Source of the DNA: Octopus sinensis
Taxonomy: Eukaryota
DNA length: 64,000 nt
Direction: 5' to 3'
NCBI RefSeq assembly: GCF_006345805.1
Contig: NC_043009.1
Span: 13,888,001 to 13,952,000, forward strand
The translations under genes were made by a program, and so were the position numbers. Below the pieces are notes generated by a model. That model was not told the origin of the DNA, searched no databases, and saw only the letters and a program-made list of their open reading frames with translations. This document shows, in pieces, positions 1 to 13,609 of this stretch (its first letter is position 1; each line of letters begins with the position of its first letter).

Positions 1-126
1 CGGAACCTTGTGGAGCTTTAGGTGTTTTCGCTCAATAAACACACACAACGCCCGGTCTGGGAATCGAAACCGCGATCCTCCGACCGCGAGTCCGCTGCCC
101 TAACCATTGGGCCATTGCACCTCCAC
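1..126 (-). mobile_element. SINE family A, tRNA-like head (cut by window start)
   Basis: Reverse complement reads GGAGGTGCAATGGCCCAATGGTTAGGGCAGCGGACTCGCGGTCGGAGGATCGCGGTTTCGATTCCC (Pol III A and B boxes). The same head occurs at 14.7, 46.1, 56.3 and 63.1 kb. Confidence 0.85.
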
Positions 127-834
127 TGTTGTTGCTGCAGGGACAATACAGATGTAGCAGCAAATGACATAATACATTGCAGGTTATAGTGCAGAAACAC
201 TCGATATGTTCTTATCAGTGAAGACAGTCCAGTGACCTTCACCTAATACTTTCAGGACATCTGTTAGTAGCTAGAAGAAGGAAACTTCTTAAAATTGAGG
301 CCTAGATCAAAACATTGACAACTGATTGGACTCACCTAAATTGATTGGACTCGCCTAAAAACACCTAAAAACCAGTTGATGGTGTATAACCGAGCGACAA
401 ATAAAGTCTACTAAAGTCTACTAAACTTTGAATTCAAAGAGCCGTTGGAACAAATATTGTGAGGCTTTAACATTGTGAGGCTTTAAGCACTCGATGCTTT
501 AACATTTCTACCCATTCACCACCATGAAATAATACGTTATTTATCGGCCTCGAATAAATATGAGAAAAACTGACCTCTCCGGGATTCGACAGCAGAGCAG
601 AGAGCTCCGGAAGAAAAGCGCTAGACATTTTGTCGTACGTATCTGACGATTCTGTAAAATTACAGACTATTGATACAAGTCATAACTAAAAATCAAGGGA
701 GATATTTCGCTGCTTATGTGAGGAGAGAACTGAATTTGTGTTTTGCTATTTATATTTAGAATGCATTGTATATACACATAAGAATATACAAACATACACA
801 CGCGCGCACGTGTATATATGTATATATATATATA

Positions 835-865
<31 letters not shown>

Positions 866-872
<7 letters not shown>

Positions 873-1050
873 TAATCCAAACAAGAAAACACAAAAAAAA
901 ACACAACAACGCGAGGACGTGGAACAAATAAAGTATTATTGGATGCTCAGGAAAAAAGGAAAGAAGGAGGGTTTAACGTTTCGAGCGGAGCTCTTCGGCA
1001 GAAACATAGGAAAAGGAAAGATCCAAAGAAGGGAAGACGGAGGAAATAGT
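866..1050 (-). mobile_element. Short PLE-type terminal-repeat module, family F, carrying an HHR motif
   Basis: Homologous to 30775-30952 and 40610-40796. Abuts (TA)n at 830-868 and contains the GAAGAGC-loop-GCTCGAAACGT motif. Confidence 0.7.
971..1005 (-). ncRNA. Minimal type-I hammerhead motif, family F (core mutated to CUGCCGA)
   Basis: Minus strand GUUU CUGCCGA A GAGC UCC GCUC GAAAC GUU AAAC: 4-bp stem I, 4-bp stem II, palindromic ACGU stem III. Confidence 0.55.
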
Positions 1051-1067
1051 GGAAACACCTTAAAATT

Positions 1068-1445
1068 TCAAACACCTTTGGCAGTAATTACAGCTTGAAT
1101 TCTGTGTGGTATGAACTCGTACAAAGTTTGAATTGTTTTCAAAGGAATTTTTGTTCATTCTTCAGCTAAAACGGTCTCCAGTTCTCGTAGTGATGATGGT
1201 AGAGGATATCAACTCCTTTCTTCTTTTTTTTTCTAAAATTCACCATAAATGTTCAATAATATTGAGATCTGGAAATTGTGATGGCCAGATAATATGTTCA
1301 ACTTCTCTAGAATGTTCCTCGTGCCATTCAGTAACAACTTTACCTTTGTGAATTGGTGCATTATCATCCTGAAAGATTGTGTTTCCCTCCGGAAACAGTT
1401 CCGCAACCATAGGAGGAATTTAATCAGATAAAATGCTTAAATAGT
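1068..1445 (-). pseudogene. Tc1-like transposase C-terminal remnant (DDE)
   Basis: Minus-strand translation PPMVAELFPEGNTIFQDDNAPIHKGKVVTEWHEEHSREVEHIIWPSQFPDLNIIEHLW*, then a frameshifted IPHRIQAVITAKG-like tail. Confidence 0.85.
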
Positions 1446-2782
1446 TTTAAATGAGAGAGATTCCTCGGAAGCGATAAATTTCGGTACTCGTTTTTTTTTT
1501 TCCATTATTTATAATTCCACTCTCTCTTAAGTATCAGTTGCGTACTGAGGTCGATCTAATCGACTGCCTCCTCCCCAGAAATTTCGGGCCTTGTGCCTAG
1601 AGTAGAAAAGATTATTTATTATTCCTATTTCTCTTAAATATTTCTACATATTTTGCTAGATTTTTGTGTGTGATACGCATATAATATCAACTTTGACAAG
1701 TTGAAATTCTTGTAGATTCAACTTATTGTTCGCAACTGATCTGGAAATCATAGGGTCGTACTTTCATTTGAAAACGTTACATATTTCTAATCATCATTAG
1801 CATATAAAATTTGGGGACAAAATAACAATCTGGTGAGATATTTCAAATATATGTTTAAAGGAAAACTAGGATTAATTTTTGAGCCCATACGTTTTTCTCC
1901 AGTTGCATTCGTTTTATTTCATTTATTGAAGTGTAATTATTCAACTTTGATCTCAGCTTTCTATATTTTGTATATATATGATAGAACAACTAATATCAAA
2001 TATTCACAGTCATAAATATACATATATATACATATAGATAGAAATTGAGAAAGAAAGAGAGAGACGAAAGCGTTTACATAAACGTTTATGAATGATTATG
2101 AAGATATGCATGCACAAATATTTGCACATATATACATTAATACACTTATACATATATATGCAAACATACGTGAATCCATAACTAACCTTACATAAAAAAA
2201 TATGATCATGTATTTTTAAACGCTTTTTACCTAACTTTGGATATATCTGTCTGTGTTTATTATAGTTAAGACAAGCATTAGTGCGTAATTCAACAAGGAA
2301 AAAAATATAAATTCAAAACTTTGAATAGATTAGATCGGCTACTTAACTCAGAATCGGAATTCCTAAAAAAATTTTTTAAATTAAACACACGAACAAAAAA
2401 AAGATAAATATTTCCAGAAGGAACGTTTATGAAAATTATGGGAAAAAATGTAAACGGTTTATGAGATCTTAGCAATTTTTTTTTATGGATTCACTAAACG
2501 ATCTTAGCGTTTTGAAAACTATAAAACGCAAACTATACATAATCGAGATAATCTCAATATCAGACCGCTTTATCTTATGGGGATTATCACCTATATACAT
2601 GTATCTTGTTCCTTAGTCTTCTCTCTCCTTCCCCTCTCCCTTCCCCCTCTCCTACCCCTCTCTCTCCATTTACATAAATTGAGCAACATGGTTCAACTTC
2701 TTTTTGAATGCAAATTAACATGCATGTATACATACGTATATATGTGTATATATGTGTATGTATGTATCTGTATTTATATATA

Positions 2783-3157
2783 CCGGGTGCAATGGGTAAA
2801 TTGTCGCTGTTTGGTTTTGATTTTGTCGACTACCCAGTATTGTAGGGTCAGATGGGCACCATCTGCGAGGAAAACAGCACCATGACGCAATTCCTTCTAT
2901 CAAAAATCTGGAAATAATATGCTGTGCTGAGAGGTATTCACGCTGAAAGCTCCAATACGAACATTTCAGAGTGTTTGGCTGTCAATCTGAGTACAGTGCA
3001 GAGGATTCGGAAAGAGTTGGATGAATCTAATGGTGATTACGATGGTACGTCAGCTTGGAAAACTCACTCTGATCGTTGTGATAAGAAAATAAATCTTGAA
3101 TCTGTTGGCGTGATCCAGGCCATGATCGACAACGTTCCCTCCAAGTCAATTAGGTCC
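2783..3157 (+). mobile_element. Tc1/mariner (maT/DDD-type) element, 5' fragment with HTH region
   Basis: Starts TA|CCGGGTG. Shares TAGGGTCAG.TGGGCACCATCT...AAAACAGCACCATGACGCAATTC with the copy at 24565. ORF 2924-3187 (NISECLAVNLSTVQRIRKEL) is HTH-like. Truncated by the PLE at 3158. Confidence 0.75.
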
Positions 3158-4775
3158 TCGAGCGTTAAACATCTGTTAATTGTTTAGACACCCGTCTTCG
3201 TCTTTTTTTTTTAATTCTTACTATATATTACACACTCACGTGGTCGCACCAGTTTTATCCTGTCTCCACCTCCACTTCGAACTTTTCTTGGATTATTCTA
3301 CCTGGATTCTCTACCTGGATTTTCTTCTACTCTCCTACACCTGGACTCCTACACTTCGTCTGCACCTCTCCTACCCATGGATTACACTGGACTCTTCCTT
3401 TAATGAGAAATCGCTCCAATACTCCACGTCGTTTGAACCTTTTGAACTTTTCTAAACTTTTTTGTGCTTTTTGCTTTTTCCTATTGTCGTTTCTCTCAAT
3501 CCGCACTTGTTACCTTGCCTCTCTCTCTCTCCCTCCCTTTCTTTTTCCCTTTTGTCTTACCTTCTCCCTTTCTTCCCCTTTCTCTTTGTTTATTCCTCCT
3601 TCCTTCTTTCTCTCCTTGTTTTTATTTTTTCTTCTCCTCACGCCATTTGCATTTTTTCTCCCCACACCTTTCGAATTTTTCCTCCTCACGTCTTTATTGC
3701 CCTTCTCTCTCCCCCTCTTTTTTCCTTTCTTCTTTCTCTCTTCTCGTTTTTCAATCATGCCCGATTACAAACCTTTCCTCCTCCACCTTCACTACCGCCT
3801 AAAAAACCACATTTCAACGCTTCTTTTTCGCTGCTAATTTCCCTACTAATTTAAAAAAGACACGCTTCTGTAGCCACCTTTCCTTTCTCAGTCGCTGCCA
3901 TCATCACCGCTTCATCCCTAAAAGTTTCCTCCATTTCCACCCCACTCTCCACTCTGCTTCAACCATCCTACACATACTCTGCACTACATCCTACCGCCTT
4001 ATGCGCGCCACCATTCATTCTAATCTCTCCAAAATGCATGCCATCGACCGCCTTCTTCCTCTGGCTTTTTCCATCTTCTCTTCTCAGTTGCCCTTCCATG
4101 CTAACACCACGTTACATAATTCGTTTAAATCCTCTCTTTCATCAATTTCTCGCTCGCACCAAACAACGTAATCTCCACTCACTCCTCTATTCCATCACAC
4201 CCGATGCCACTGCCCCCATCTCCCCTCTTACCCTTCTCCCTCCCTGATACGCCGGTTTGACTTTTCCAAGCGTCCCCGACATCTGAATATCTCCCCAGCC
4301 GAACTCTCGGCCCTTCAATGTCTCCGACGCCGCACGGACAATCATAAAGCCAGCCGACAAGGGTGGATTCGTGGTGGTGTGACGCTCAGACATCCTATAA
4401 GGTGGATGCGCTCCACTAACTTCAAGATACCTCCTTCTTCTACCCTATGCCCTCTCACCACACGCCCAGCTATTAACAGACGGTGTCCCCCCCTATCCAT
4501 AACCTCATCTCCTCCTCCCGTCTCTCGCCACCACCTGTAACCTCATTGTCCGCGCCCCTCGCACTCCCACAATTTACTTCCTCACAAAATTCACAAACCT
4601 AACAACCCTGGCCCCCGTCCGCCTGCAACTGCTCCACCGAACTCATCTCTAGATATCTTGACCGTGTCCTTGCCCCCTAATGGCTTCCCTTCTCTCTCAC
4701 ATCCATGACATCAACCATGCTCTTCGTTTGTTCAACTTTTTCTCCTTCCCTCCCTCCCCTAATCACGGTTCAATT
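3158..4775 (+). mobile_element. Decayed Penelope-like element: terminal-repeat remnant plus N-terminal reverse transcriptase region
   Basis: 3158-3225 matches the 3' part of module E (15810-15890). Frame-broken translation contains IIKPADKGG (about 4340-4370) and KIHKPNNPG (about 4585-4612), which are characteristic PLE RT motifs. Confidence 0.8.
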
Positions 4776-5422
4776 ATATATAAGTCACTTCAGGTCCCAT
4801 CGGTTCAGAAAGACGAAATCCCGTCTTGAACGGACGGCTGGATTGTAAAAATTAATTCAAATATCTGTGTTGTGATCGTGAGCGTAAATTATTCAATCTT
4901 AGATCAATTACAATAAAAATAAAAACCAACAAAAATATTTTAACGGACGATACGATCAAGTAAATTCGATCCACAACCATCGAAATTCACTTCATTATAT
5001 CTTAGACATATACCAATTGAAACCCTTTTATGGCCAAGATAGTCTCTTGTTATCACAACATACAATAATAATATATGTGTGTATATAAATGTATTAAGTA
5101 TCTAAGTCTTCTCCTACGTGTAACAACAGCAAAAACTATATAAACAATTGTATCTACAATACAACAACTCATTTATCTATTTAAATTAGTTGGTAAAAAA
5201 AATTGGTTTGTATCGATGTTTTCTGTCGATTCACTATAATTGGACTGTGATTATGTATATCAGAAAAATATATCTAAGTCCAAAACAATTTCTTGGACTT
5301 TTACGATTTATATGATTATTTATATAATATGTTATATATTATATTCATAGTATTTAATGTAATAATGTATATAAATAAATTATTGAATGTCAATAGATCA
5401 TCTCTATATTTAACTTACCTTC

Positions 5423-5525
<103 letters not shown>

Positions 5526-5579
5526 ATATTATATATATATATATCATATATATATATATATATATATATTCATTACAGA

Positions 5580-6740
5580 TATAGGGTGAAAGATTAATTT
5601 AATAAAACCAACAAATTTCAGCTAGTAGTTTTTCGGTATGGAAAAGGACCATGTTCGGTAAAAGCTTATACAAAAAGTTTTTCATATATAATTATAACAA
5701 TAAGGGTTTAGCAACAAGTTGCTTGACCACATACCGAAAATTTTTAGAAATAGCAGCCAAAAGACTACTATTTCCTTTTCTACAAAAGTATGTCTCCATC
5801 GAAAATACTACCTTACATATCTACATACAACCCCAGAAACAAAGAAGCCTTCACCATCATCACCCAGAATTTACCAATACTTCATAAAAACCCCAAATTA
5901 AAGGAAATTCTAAACATACACCAAATCATTAAAAGCTACAAACAGCCTAAATCACTTAAAAAGATTCTCACAAAGGCAAAATTGTCTTCTGAAATTACGG
6001 ATGCAAAAGTAAAAGAAATGTGGTAGATCGAACTGTGCAACATGTCCTAACCTGCTAGAAGGATCAGAATTCCTCTTTAAAGAGGGACAGAAATTCAAGA
6101 TCAAATCTAACTTTACTTGTGCCTCTGAAAACATAATTTATGTCATAAAATGCTCGGGCTGCCACCAAGACTACGTGGGTTCCAAATCACTCAGACGTAG
6201 ATACACACTGCATCGACAACAGATTGCATTCCCAGAATATAGAATGATACCTTTTAGTGAGCACATTGAGAAATGCGCAAAGCAACTACTACCACAATTT
6301 TTAATCTTTCCATTTTACCAATGTGCTTTCAGATCATCAACACCAATTAGACTAAACAAGGAAACATTCTTCATTGAAAAGTACAAGCCCAGACTCAACC
6401 ATCCGAACATACTGATACAGAGAAATTCACATTAAGGGAAAGGAAAAAAATTTTTAAGCGATTATCTCCCTTACACCGGAAGAAATCACACACTCCCTTC
6501 CCTTATTTAGAACTCTCCGGAGCTTAAACACAAGGATAACTCTATTAAACATAAACATAACGTCACAAGAAATTTGAAAAGCTAAATGCGAAACCGGTCT
6601 TTCTTTAAAAATTATGTCATTATAAAGGAAAAAAATTTGTTTAAAAAATTTTCTAATTTTCTTCAGACATATTGACGCATATATATATTTTTTAATATTT
6701 AAGCCTTCTGTCGTTTTTTCACTCTTTACTATTTTTTATA
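5580..6740 (+). mobile_element. Penelope-like element 3' part: RT-EN linker, GIY-YIG endonuclease and 3' repeat
   Basis: Frameshifted PYISTYNPRN...KSYKQPKSLKKILTKAK...NCATCPNLLEG...NIIYVIKCSGCHQDYVG...RYTLHRQQI...FSEHIEKC...FPFYQ...KETFFIEKYKPRLN. Flanked by (TA)n on both sides. Confidence 0.88.
6567..6605 (+). ncRNA. Minimal hammerhead motif, U3-A8 variant, 3' of the PLE ORF
   Basis: AAGAAA (U) UUGAAAA GC UAAAU GC GAAAC CG GUC UUUCUU: 6-bp stem I with one extra U, palindromic ACCGGU stem III, GUC triplet. Confidence 0.55.
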
Positions 6741-6829
6741 TATATATACAATATATATATATATAATATATATATATATATATAAGTAAATAAATGCGGT
6801 TGAACGAAGATGTTATTCAAATTCTTTTA

Positions 6830-6914
6830 CTTTCGGCATATGTTTCGAAGACAACATAGGTTTTTTCCAAAAAAATAAACTGTGTAAAAAAATGCAATCT
6901 TCTCATCAGAAAAG
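6830..6914 (-). ncRNA. Hammerhead motif with long stem-II loop, cleavage triplet mutated to GCC
   Basis: Minus strand CUUUU CUGAUGA GAAGA [about 45 nt] UCUUC GAAAC AUAU GC C GAAAG, inside a 190-bp module flanked by (TA)n on both sides. Confidence 0.55.
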
Positions 6915-6968
6915 AAAGAGAATCTATCTCATCAACAAGACATTATAACAGAGATAATTCATCCAGCC

Positions 6969-7006
<38 letters not shown>

Positions 7007-7483
7007 GTCTAATGTAGGATAAAAATTTTTCGAAAAATAAATTTTATTAATGGCCAGCATATTAAAAAATACCTTTAAAGGTTAAATTATAAACAACTTA
7101 TAAATAAGGGCAAACGAAAAAATTTCTAATGCCAAATATGCCGAAAATTGGACATATTGTCCATTTACCATATAATTTTTTTCCCCAGTAATCATGCTAC
7201 TCGAAAAAAGGTCGACAGAAATCTCTAAAAAAAATTCCATTATTACCATATCGGACCGATTTCAGGGTTAGTTCAAAAAGAACCCTCCCTTCGTCAGTAA
7301 TACATGTGGCCACGTTGATAATGTACGTAATATATGTGTAAGTCTGTATGTGGGTACATGTGTATTTGTGTATGTGTGTGTGTGTGCGATGGTTGAGTTG
7401 TCATGTTTATCAATAAACTCAAGAAATGAATTTTCAAGCGATATACTTAAGTATGTACTTTGCAAAGCAAAGACAATGAGCAG

Positions 7484-7484
<1 letters not shown>

Positions 7485-7570
<86 letters not shown>

Positions 7571-7580
7571 CAGACAGACA
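7485..7580. repeat. (GATA)n/(GACA)n microsatellite
   Basis: Direct reading. Similar arrays at 20065-20176, 20930-21012 and 51335-51492. Confidence 0.95.
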
Positions 7581-8326
7581 TTTAGATATTTAGATAAATA
7601 TCAGTGCAAGCTCGGGACACTTGTCTGATTGTTTATGAGTTTATTTGTTTGTGCGCGTGCTTATTAGAAAAAATCAGTCGCTACGCTTCGTTTTTGTATT
7701 ATCTACCCTAGTATGTATTTCATATCAGCAAATACGATTTATATCTGGATTTAACCCTTGGTCATAGATTTTTCGTGTAGACAACCTAGAACTTTTCTTA
7801 ATATCAAGAATAAATTTCCTTTTCATTTCTATCAATCATACACAACGTGCGTTCATTATTGAACTCTGCATTCATCTGAAAAATGTGATATTCGGTGTCA
7901 AAGACCAAACTGACCAAATACATAATTCATTATTATTTATTAAAAAGAATAATAAAGCATTCATTACAATGTGCCGTTCAGCTGACTGTGTCTGCAAGTG
8001 TCAATTGGTTTAACCCTAAATTGATGTCCGTGTTGTTTTCTAGAATAAAATAGATTTCGAATACAAAAGCTAATATTTAATCGACTGACTTTAATAGCAT
8101 TCAATTCGATTATGTCATAATCAATGTCTCTTTTGTACTTATTATTGGAAATTGTTGATATTGGTAGCGTTAAATTTTATTTGATTATTACTTCTGCTTT
8201 AGTACGGTTGGCAGAGAAAATCTGTGGAGCTTCGAACAAACAGTTTTCCTTTTTGATTTCTGAGCTCAAATCCCAACAGAATCGGATTTGACTTTCATCT
8301 TTATAGAATAGGTAAAATAGAGTCGA

Positions 8327-8549
8327 GCTGGCAGAACCGTTAGCACGCCGGGCGAAATGCGTAACCGTATTTGGTTTGCCGTTACGTTCTGAGTTCAAAT
8401 TCCGCCGAGGTCGACTTTGCCTTTCGTCGTTTCGGGGTCGATAAATTAAGGACCATTTACGCACTGGGGTCGATGTAATCGACTTAATTCGCTTGTCTGT
8501 CCTTGTTTGTCCTCTCTGTGTTTAGCCCCTTGTGGGTAGTAAAGAAATG
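8327..8549 (+). mobile_element. SINE family B, near full length
   Basis: GCTGGCAGAA...GAGTTCAAATTCC head, central GCCTTTC.TC.TTTCGGGGTCGATAAATTAAG domain, GTAAAGAAAT tail. GGTAAAATAGAGTCGA is duplicated at 8311-8326 and 8550-8565 (TSD). Confidence 0.9.
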
Positions 8550-8899
8550 GGTAAAATAGAGTCGATTTTCTCGAATGCTACTAAGTACAAAATATGTAGC
8601 TTTGAATCTAACTTAGAAATCATTATTCATCTTCTTCTTGTTCTTTTATTACTATGTTATTATGTTATTGTTGCTGATGACGTGTTATTATTGTGATTAA
8701 AACCTTGCAATTTCATTCATAGTTGTATTATTGATCTTTGTCTTTAGCTATTTTACTATTCTTACTGTTGTAATTGTTTGTTTTTGCTTTCTTCTATTTT
8801 TTCTTGGATTTTTTTCTTCTGGTTCTTAGGCTTTTCGCGTGGTTTCACGACTTCAGTTCACTATCTTCTAGTTCAGTATCTTCTGGTGGTTTACTTGAT

Positions 8900-10100
8900 C
8901 AAAATACCGATACCATCTCCTTTATTCCAAATAAAGTCTCTAATTTATTATCTGATATAAAAATAACCGGTTTTACTATTTTCTTCTTAGCTGTGATGAA
9001 AGAAATACCTAGAGCGGAATTAACAGATTTTTTGCCGGGAATGTGGTATAATTGATTTCAAAGAGCAGACTTGGTGACACAGTAAAGCTAATAATTTAAT
9101 AATCATTATTTCTTCTTATCTGTATATTCTTTGGATAAAGTGGTACTTTCTTTGATGATTCTTGGTATTTTTTTTATTTTCATATTTTTTCTTAGATTTC
9201 TTGTATTTTTGTGATGTAGATTATATTTCAGAATAACTGCTACAGTGTTTGTTGTTTAATAAATTTTATAAAGATTGCCGCCTCAATTCTCTTGATATTT
9301 AGATAGTGTATACATATATTTAATTGAACCTGCTTTTGCTTCACTTTACATTATTTACTCCTTGGTATTACAGCGATCATATTTGCCAAAGTATCGCTTC
9401 AATAATGCATTTCTTAATGAATAGTTGATTAATTTGTATGGAAAGATTAGACACTTAGTATTACTGTTCTTGAATTAGTCAAAGAATTAGTTAGAATTAA
9501 GGCGTGAGGTGTATCATGTCGAAAATATCTATTTCACAAAGTGTGTAGTACGCAGTCTAAATATCAGAAAAGTTGACAGAATCTGCAGTAAGTAACAACT
9601 TTTTATTGTGGAAAATGTTTGAGTTTGACGTACATTAGGAAGAGAACATTTCCGTATCAGACCGAATGTTATTTTTTTCTTTCATGCGATCTATTATATT
9701 GGGCTGTTACCCAATCTCAGTATTGTGTAGAGAATATTGTACCAGCAGATGTTTAAAGCGGAAATGTTGAGGTTATTTGAGGTAGAAATTCTGGGGGGTT
9801 TTTTCTTCTTTTTTTTAGCAAATTTGCCTAAATTAAATTGATGAGTTGTTCATAAATTGTGTTATACGCTGTTCACAAATTATAGTTATGTTGTACAATA
9901 GAGGTTTAATTGTTTAGCCATTTGTCAGCCCTGATTAACGACCCCTAACCATTTCGTCTATCTTTTACAATCATCTACTTACACTTCAGAAAGGTAGTAT
10001 ACACATTCATTCTTAATAGGTTCCGGCATATTCGAAGACAAATATTTGCACAAATCAAAATACAACAGGGATTCTAAATGAATACGTAAATTATCGTTCT
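8900..10100 (-). pseudogene. Heavily decayed PLE-like reverse transcriptase
   Basis: Minus-strand fragments FPL*TSAGTIFSTQ, KKLLLTADSVNFSDI and FRHDTPHALILTNS...DTLANMI occur in the order expected for PLE RT motifs. Many stops. Confidence 0.35.
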
Positions 10101-10171
10101 GATTCTCACTGTTCATCGTGCACATGGCAATTTGTTATCAGTTAGCGGATACCAGTGTCAGCAAATATATA

Positions 10172-10598
10172 GGCGTAGGAGTGGCTGTGTGGTAAGTAGC
10201 TTGCTTACCAACCACATCGTTCCGGGTTCAGTCCCACTGCGTGGCACATTGGGCAAGTGCCTTCTACTATAGCCTCGGGCCGACCAAAGCCTTGTGAGTG
10301 GAGTTGGTAGACGGAAACTGAAAGAAGCCCGTCGTATATATGTATATAGATATGTGCATATGTGGGTGTGTATATGTTTGTATATCTGTGTTTTCCCCCC
10401 AACATCGCTTAACAACCGATGCTGGTGTGTTTACGTCACCGTAACTTAGCGGTTCGGGAAAAAGAGACCGATAGAATAAGTACTAGGCTTGCAAAGAATA
10501 AGTTCTGGGGTTGATTTGCTCGACTAAAGGTCGATTTGCTCCAGCATGGCCACAGTAAAATGACTGAAACAAGTAAAGAGAGCAAAGAGAAAGAGAGT
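10172..10598 (+). mobile_element. SINE family C, full length
   Basis: GGCGTAGGAGTGGCTGTGTGG...GGTTCAGTCCC head, CORE-like TTGGGCAAGTG, internal TA/TG tract, AAAGAG-type tail. Matches 37161, 16218 and 52222. Confidence 0.9.
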
Positions 10599-10679
10599 AT
10601 GTAGGTATACAAATATATATAAGTATGTATGGATGTATGGAAATATGGATGTATAATTTTTTTGCCAAGTTTATAGGCG

Positions 10680-10955
10680 AAGGCGTGGCATAGGTGTGTA
10701 TGTATGTGTCTTTGTGTCTGTGCTTGTCCCCCAATACCGCTTGACAACTGCTATTGGTGTAACCGTAACTTAGCGGTTTGGCAAAAGATACCGATGGAAT
10801 AAGTGTCAAACTTTAAAAATAAGTATTGTATACAATACTTATCAAAAATAAGTATTATATAAGTATTCATTTCACTAAAAATTCTTCAAAGCAGTGCTCC
10901 AGAATGGTTGCAATCTAATAACTGAAAAAAGGTAAACGATAAAAAAGATAAAACG
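10680..10955 (+). mobile_element. Degenerate 3' half of SINE C
   Basis: CTTGACAAC...GTAACTTAGCGGTTTGGCAAAAGATACCGAT and GTGCTCCAG..TGG match the C body. Confidence 0.6.
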
Positions 10956-13609
10956 CTAAAAGCTATTGTGAGATTCATTACTCCGCAATGGCTTTCGCTG
11001 AGACACAAGGTCCTCAAGTCCCCTTTACTCTAATGAATCGGATGTGTTATGAACACGCATCCGTCTACAAGGAACTGCTCTCCAGTGTCGAGTTACACCA
11101 GCGATTAGCATATTCACTTTTGAATCTACTGCAACTTTTTAAGGCTGAATATGTATAAAATCGCTCATAAATCATTTATACCAAAAGAACTGTTAGTTGC
11201 CAAGCATTGTTGATATTTTATATACCCAAGTTCTCTCATTGTTACGTACACATCATTAGAACATTCTTGCACTCGTTTAAGCATCTAAGCAAATGTATAA
11301 GTGTGCGTACGTGTGTCCTAGACTTTGAGCGGCTGTGAGTACATAACACAGTACGTTTAAAAATATTTTCAGCTAAACACAAACATATAAGCTGTTTCCT
11401 CAGGCTGGTGTAGTAACATGTTTACACAGAGGCAGCTCATTTGAAATGTTTCCTAAATGTAACAAAACAAGATATTGCAAATTTATTCAATGTATATACA
11501 ACAAGTGAACTTTGTGTACGGAAAAGAAATTGTTTGATTAAGAGTTAAGATTGTGTTATAAATATTTAACAGTTTATCTTCCCTTGAGTCAATTCAATCA
11601 ATATACTTCAGTTCTGTATAAAATATATGCTATGGCTACGTTCCTACCCAAAAACATGTTTAAATTTTTGTCATTATTAATCGATCTTCAATTGTTTAAA
11701 TAATGGGTGGAGAAACAGAGAGCCAAAGTGCGATTCCTAGTTGTAGTAAATTTATTTCCCTCCTAAATAATACTATTATTACTGTTAGTAATACTACAAA
11801 CCAAAAGATAGTCTTCCTTCTTTTCAATAGTTACATCCAATCACTTATAACTCTGTATTACTGATGAGACTTTGGAAAGAAATTGAGCAAGAGAATCTTT
11901 TCCGCCATATGAGATTTGTCACCTTTTCTAGTTGATTTGAATCTTGCTATCTTCTCTGATTACAAGCTACGTTTTGAATATTCCAGATGTATCTTATAAC
12001 TAATATATTCCGTATTAAATTTCTCATCATGTACATTACTCACTTAGTTCCAAAGAATTCTCAAACATTAAAAAAAAACATACAAGATTATATCACATTA
12101 TAGTCTAAAACAGTTTTCTGTTCAACTATTTTTGATTTCTAATATTTCACGAACATTTGCATTCATAATCTTTCTAATTCAGTTATAACAAAATACATCT
12201 ATAGCAACTGAATATGAACTGAATCTTTACGGTGCCATTTCAGACCATTCAGCTTCTTATCTTTTATACCGTTTACTTAGCCAAACATGGTTGCAAAAAA
12301 TTCATGACCCTTCTAATTTTTGTTTTTGTTTTATTTTAATTCTTGTATTTCATTAATGTCAGAGCTTATTATGACGAGTAGATGCGGCTTTTCTGGTGCC
12401 CTTACTTCTTTTTATATCAGTTTTCTTTATCATTTTCTCTTCTGACACGCCTAAAAAACCTAAGCAATATTCCGCCCTTTACTTTCACTTTCGTTTCGTA
12501 ATGTTATATTGTACATTTAGATATTTATTTACATCTACAAGTGCTGCTTCTTTCCAGTGTCTTAATGCCTGAAACTATAATTCTACTTCAGTTTATGTTG
12601 CTATAAACATTGTTATTTATGACTAAAAATCGATTCCCCGTTTCTTTTGCTGCTTGTATTCTGACAAGTATTAAGATGCCGCCGTCAAAGTGATTCCTAT
12701 ACATACGATCTATAATGATAACTATATAAGCTCCAATCTCCCTAATTAACTATCAGACTATCTATTTATTATGTATATGTATGTGTATATGTGTGTGTAT
12801 ATATATATACATATATATGCAACAGAAATTCTCACACACACTACACACATACACACACACACACTCACACACACACATATATATATTTATGGAGAGAGAG
12901 AAAGAGAGAAAGATGGAGAGAGAGGAAGGGACTCTTGTCAAACAGAACCCCATGAAGACGGATATCAAGATAAACTGGAGTATAAAAATCTAGTGTCAAT
13001 TTTGACATCCAGCGCCATCTTCGAATATCAATGTCGTAAGGCCGTACATTCTAGTTTGGCAATCTGAGTGCCTCACACCCACCTAAGAAGGTAAAACGAT
13101 AAAAAAATATTAAGATGAGTCAATCACATAATGACGGATCATAATGGAAAATTAATTTTTCTGTCGCCTTTATAAAATATATTTGACATTTATTCAGAAA
13201 TAGCAGTGAATGCCTAATATCTTGTATCAAAACACGCCACTACAGGAACGGTAGGATTATGAGAACCGAAACTGAAGGACATCACACTAGTGCACATTAA
13301 TTAATGATTCCCTTCTTACATTCTCTCTCAGAAATATACCCTTTCTGTCTTACCTCCCCTCATTAATACCCTGTTTCTTGAATTTACTTACACCTCCTCT
13401 CGTCGCATTTCTTTCTCTTTCTCTCTCTTTCCCTCTTTCTTTATATCCTGTCTATAAGTTATATATAGGGAATTCTATGTAGGCACATCCATAAATTTCA
13501 TTGGAAATATGTCATCTGAAAAAGGTCATGTTTAATATAAATTTAGTTCTTGCAGTTTAATGATATAAGTTTATTGTAATTAGTTTCCAATTCAAATAAA
13601 ACGTTTTCA

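Noticed and set aside
10988-11158. 56-aa ORF MAFAETQGPQVPF... in unique sequence
   Set aside because: No recognisable homology or splice context, and the length is within chance expectation.
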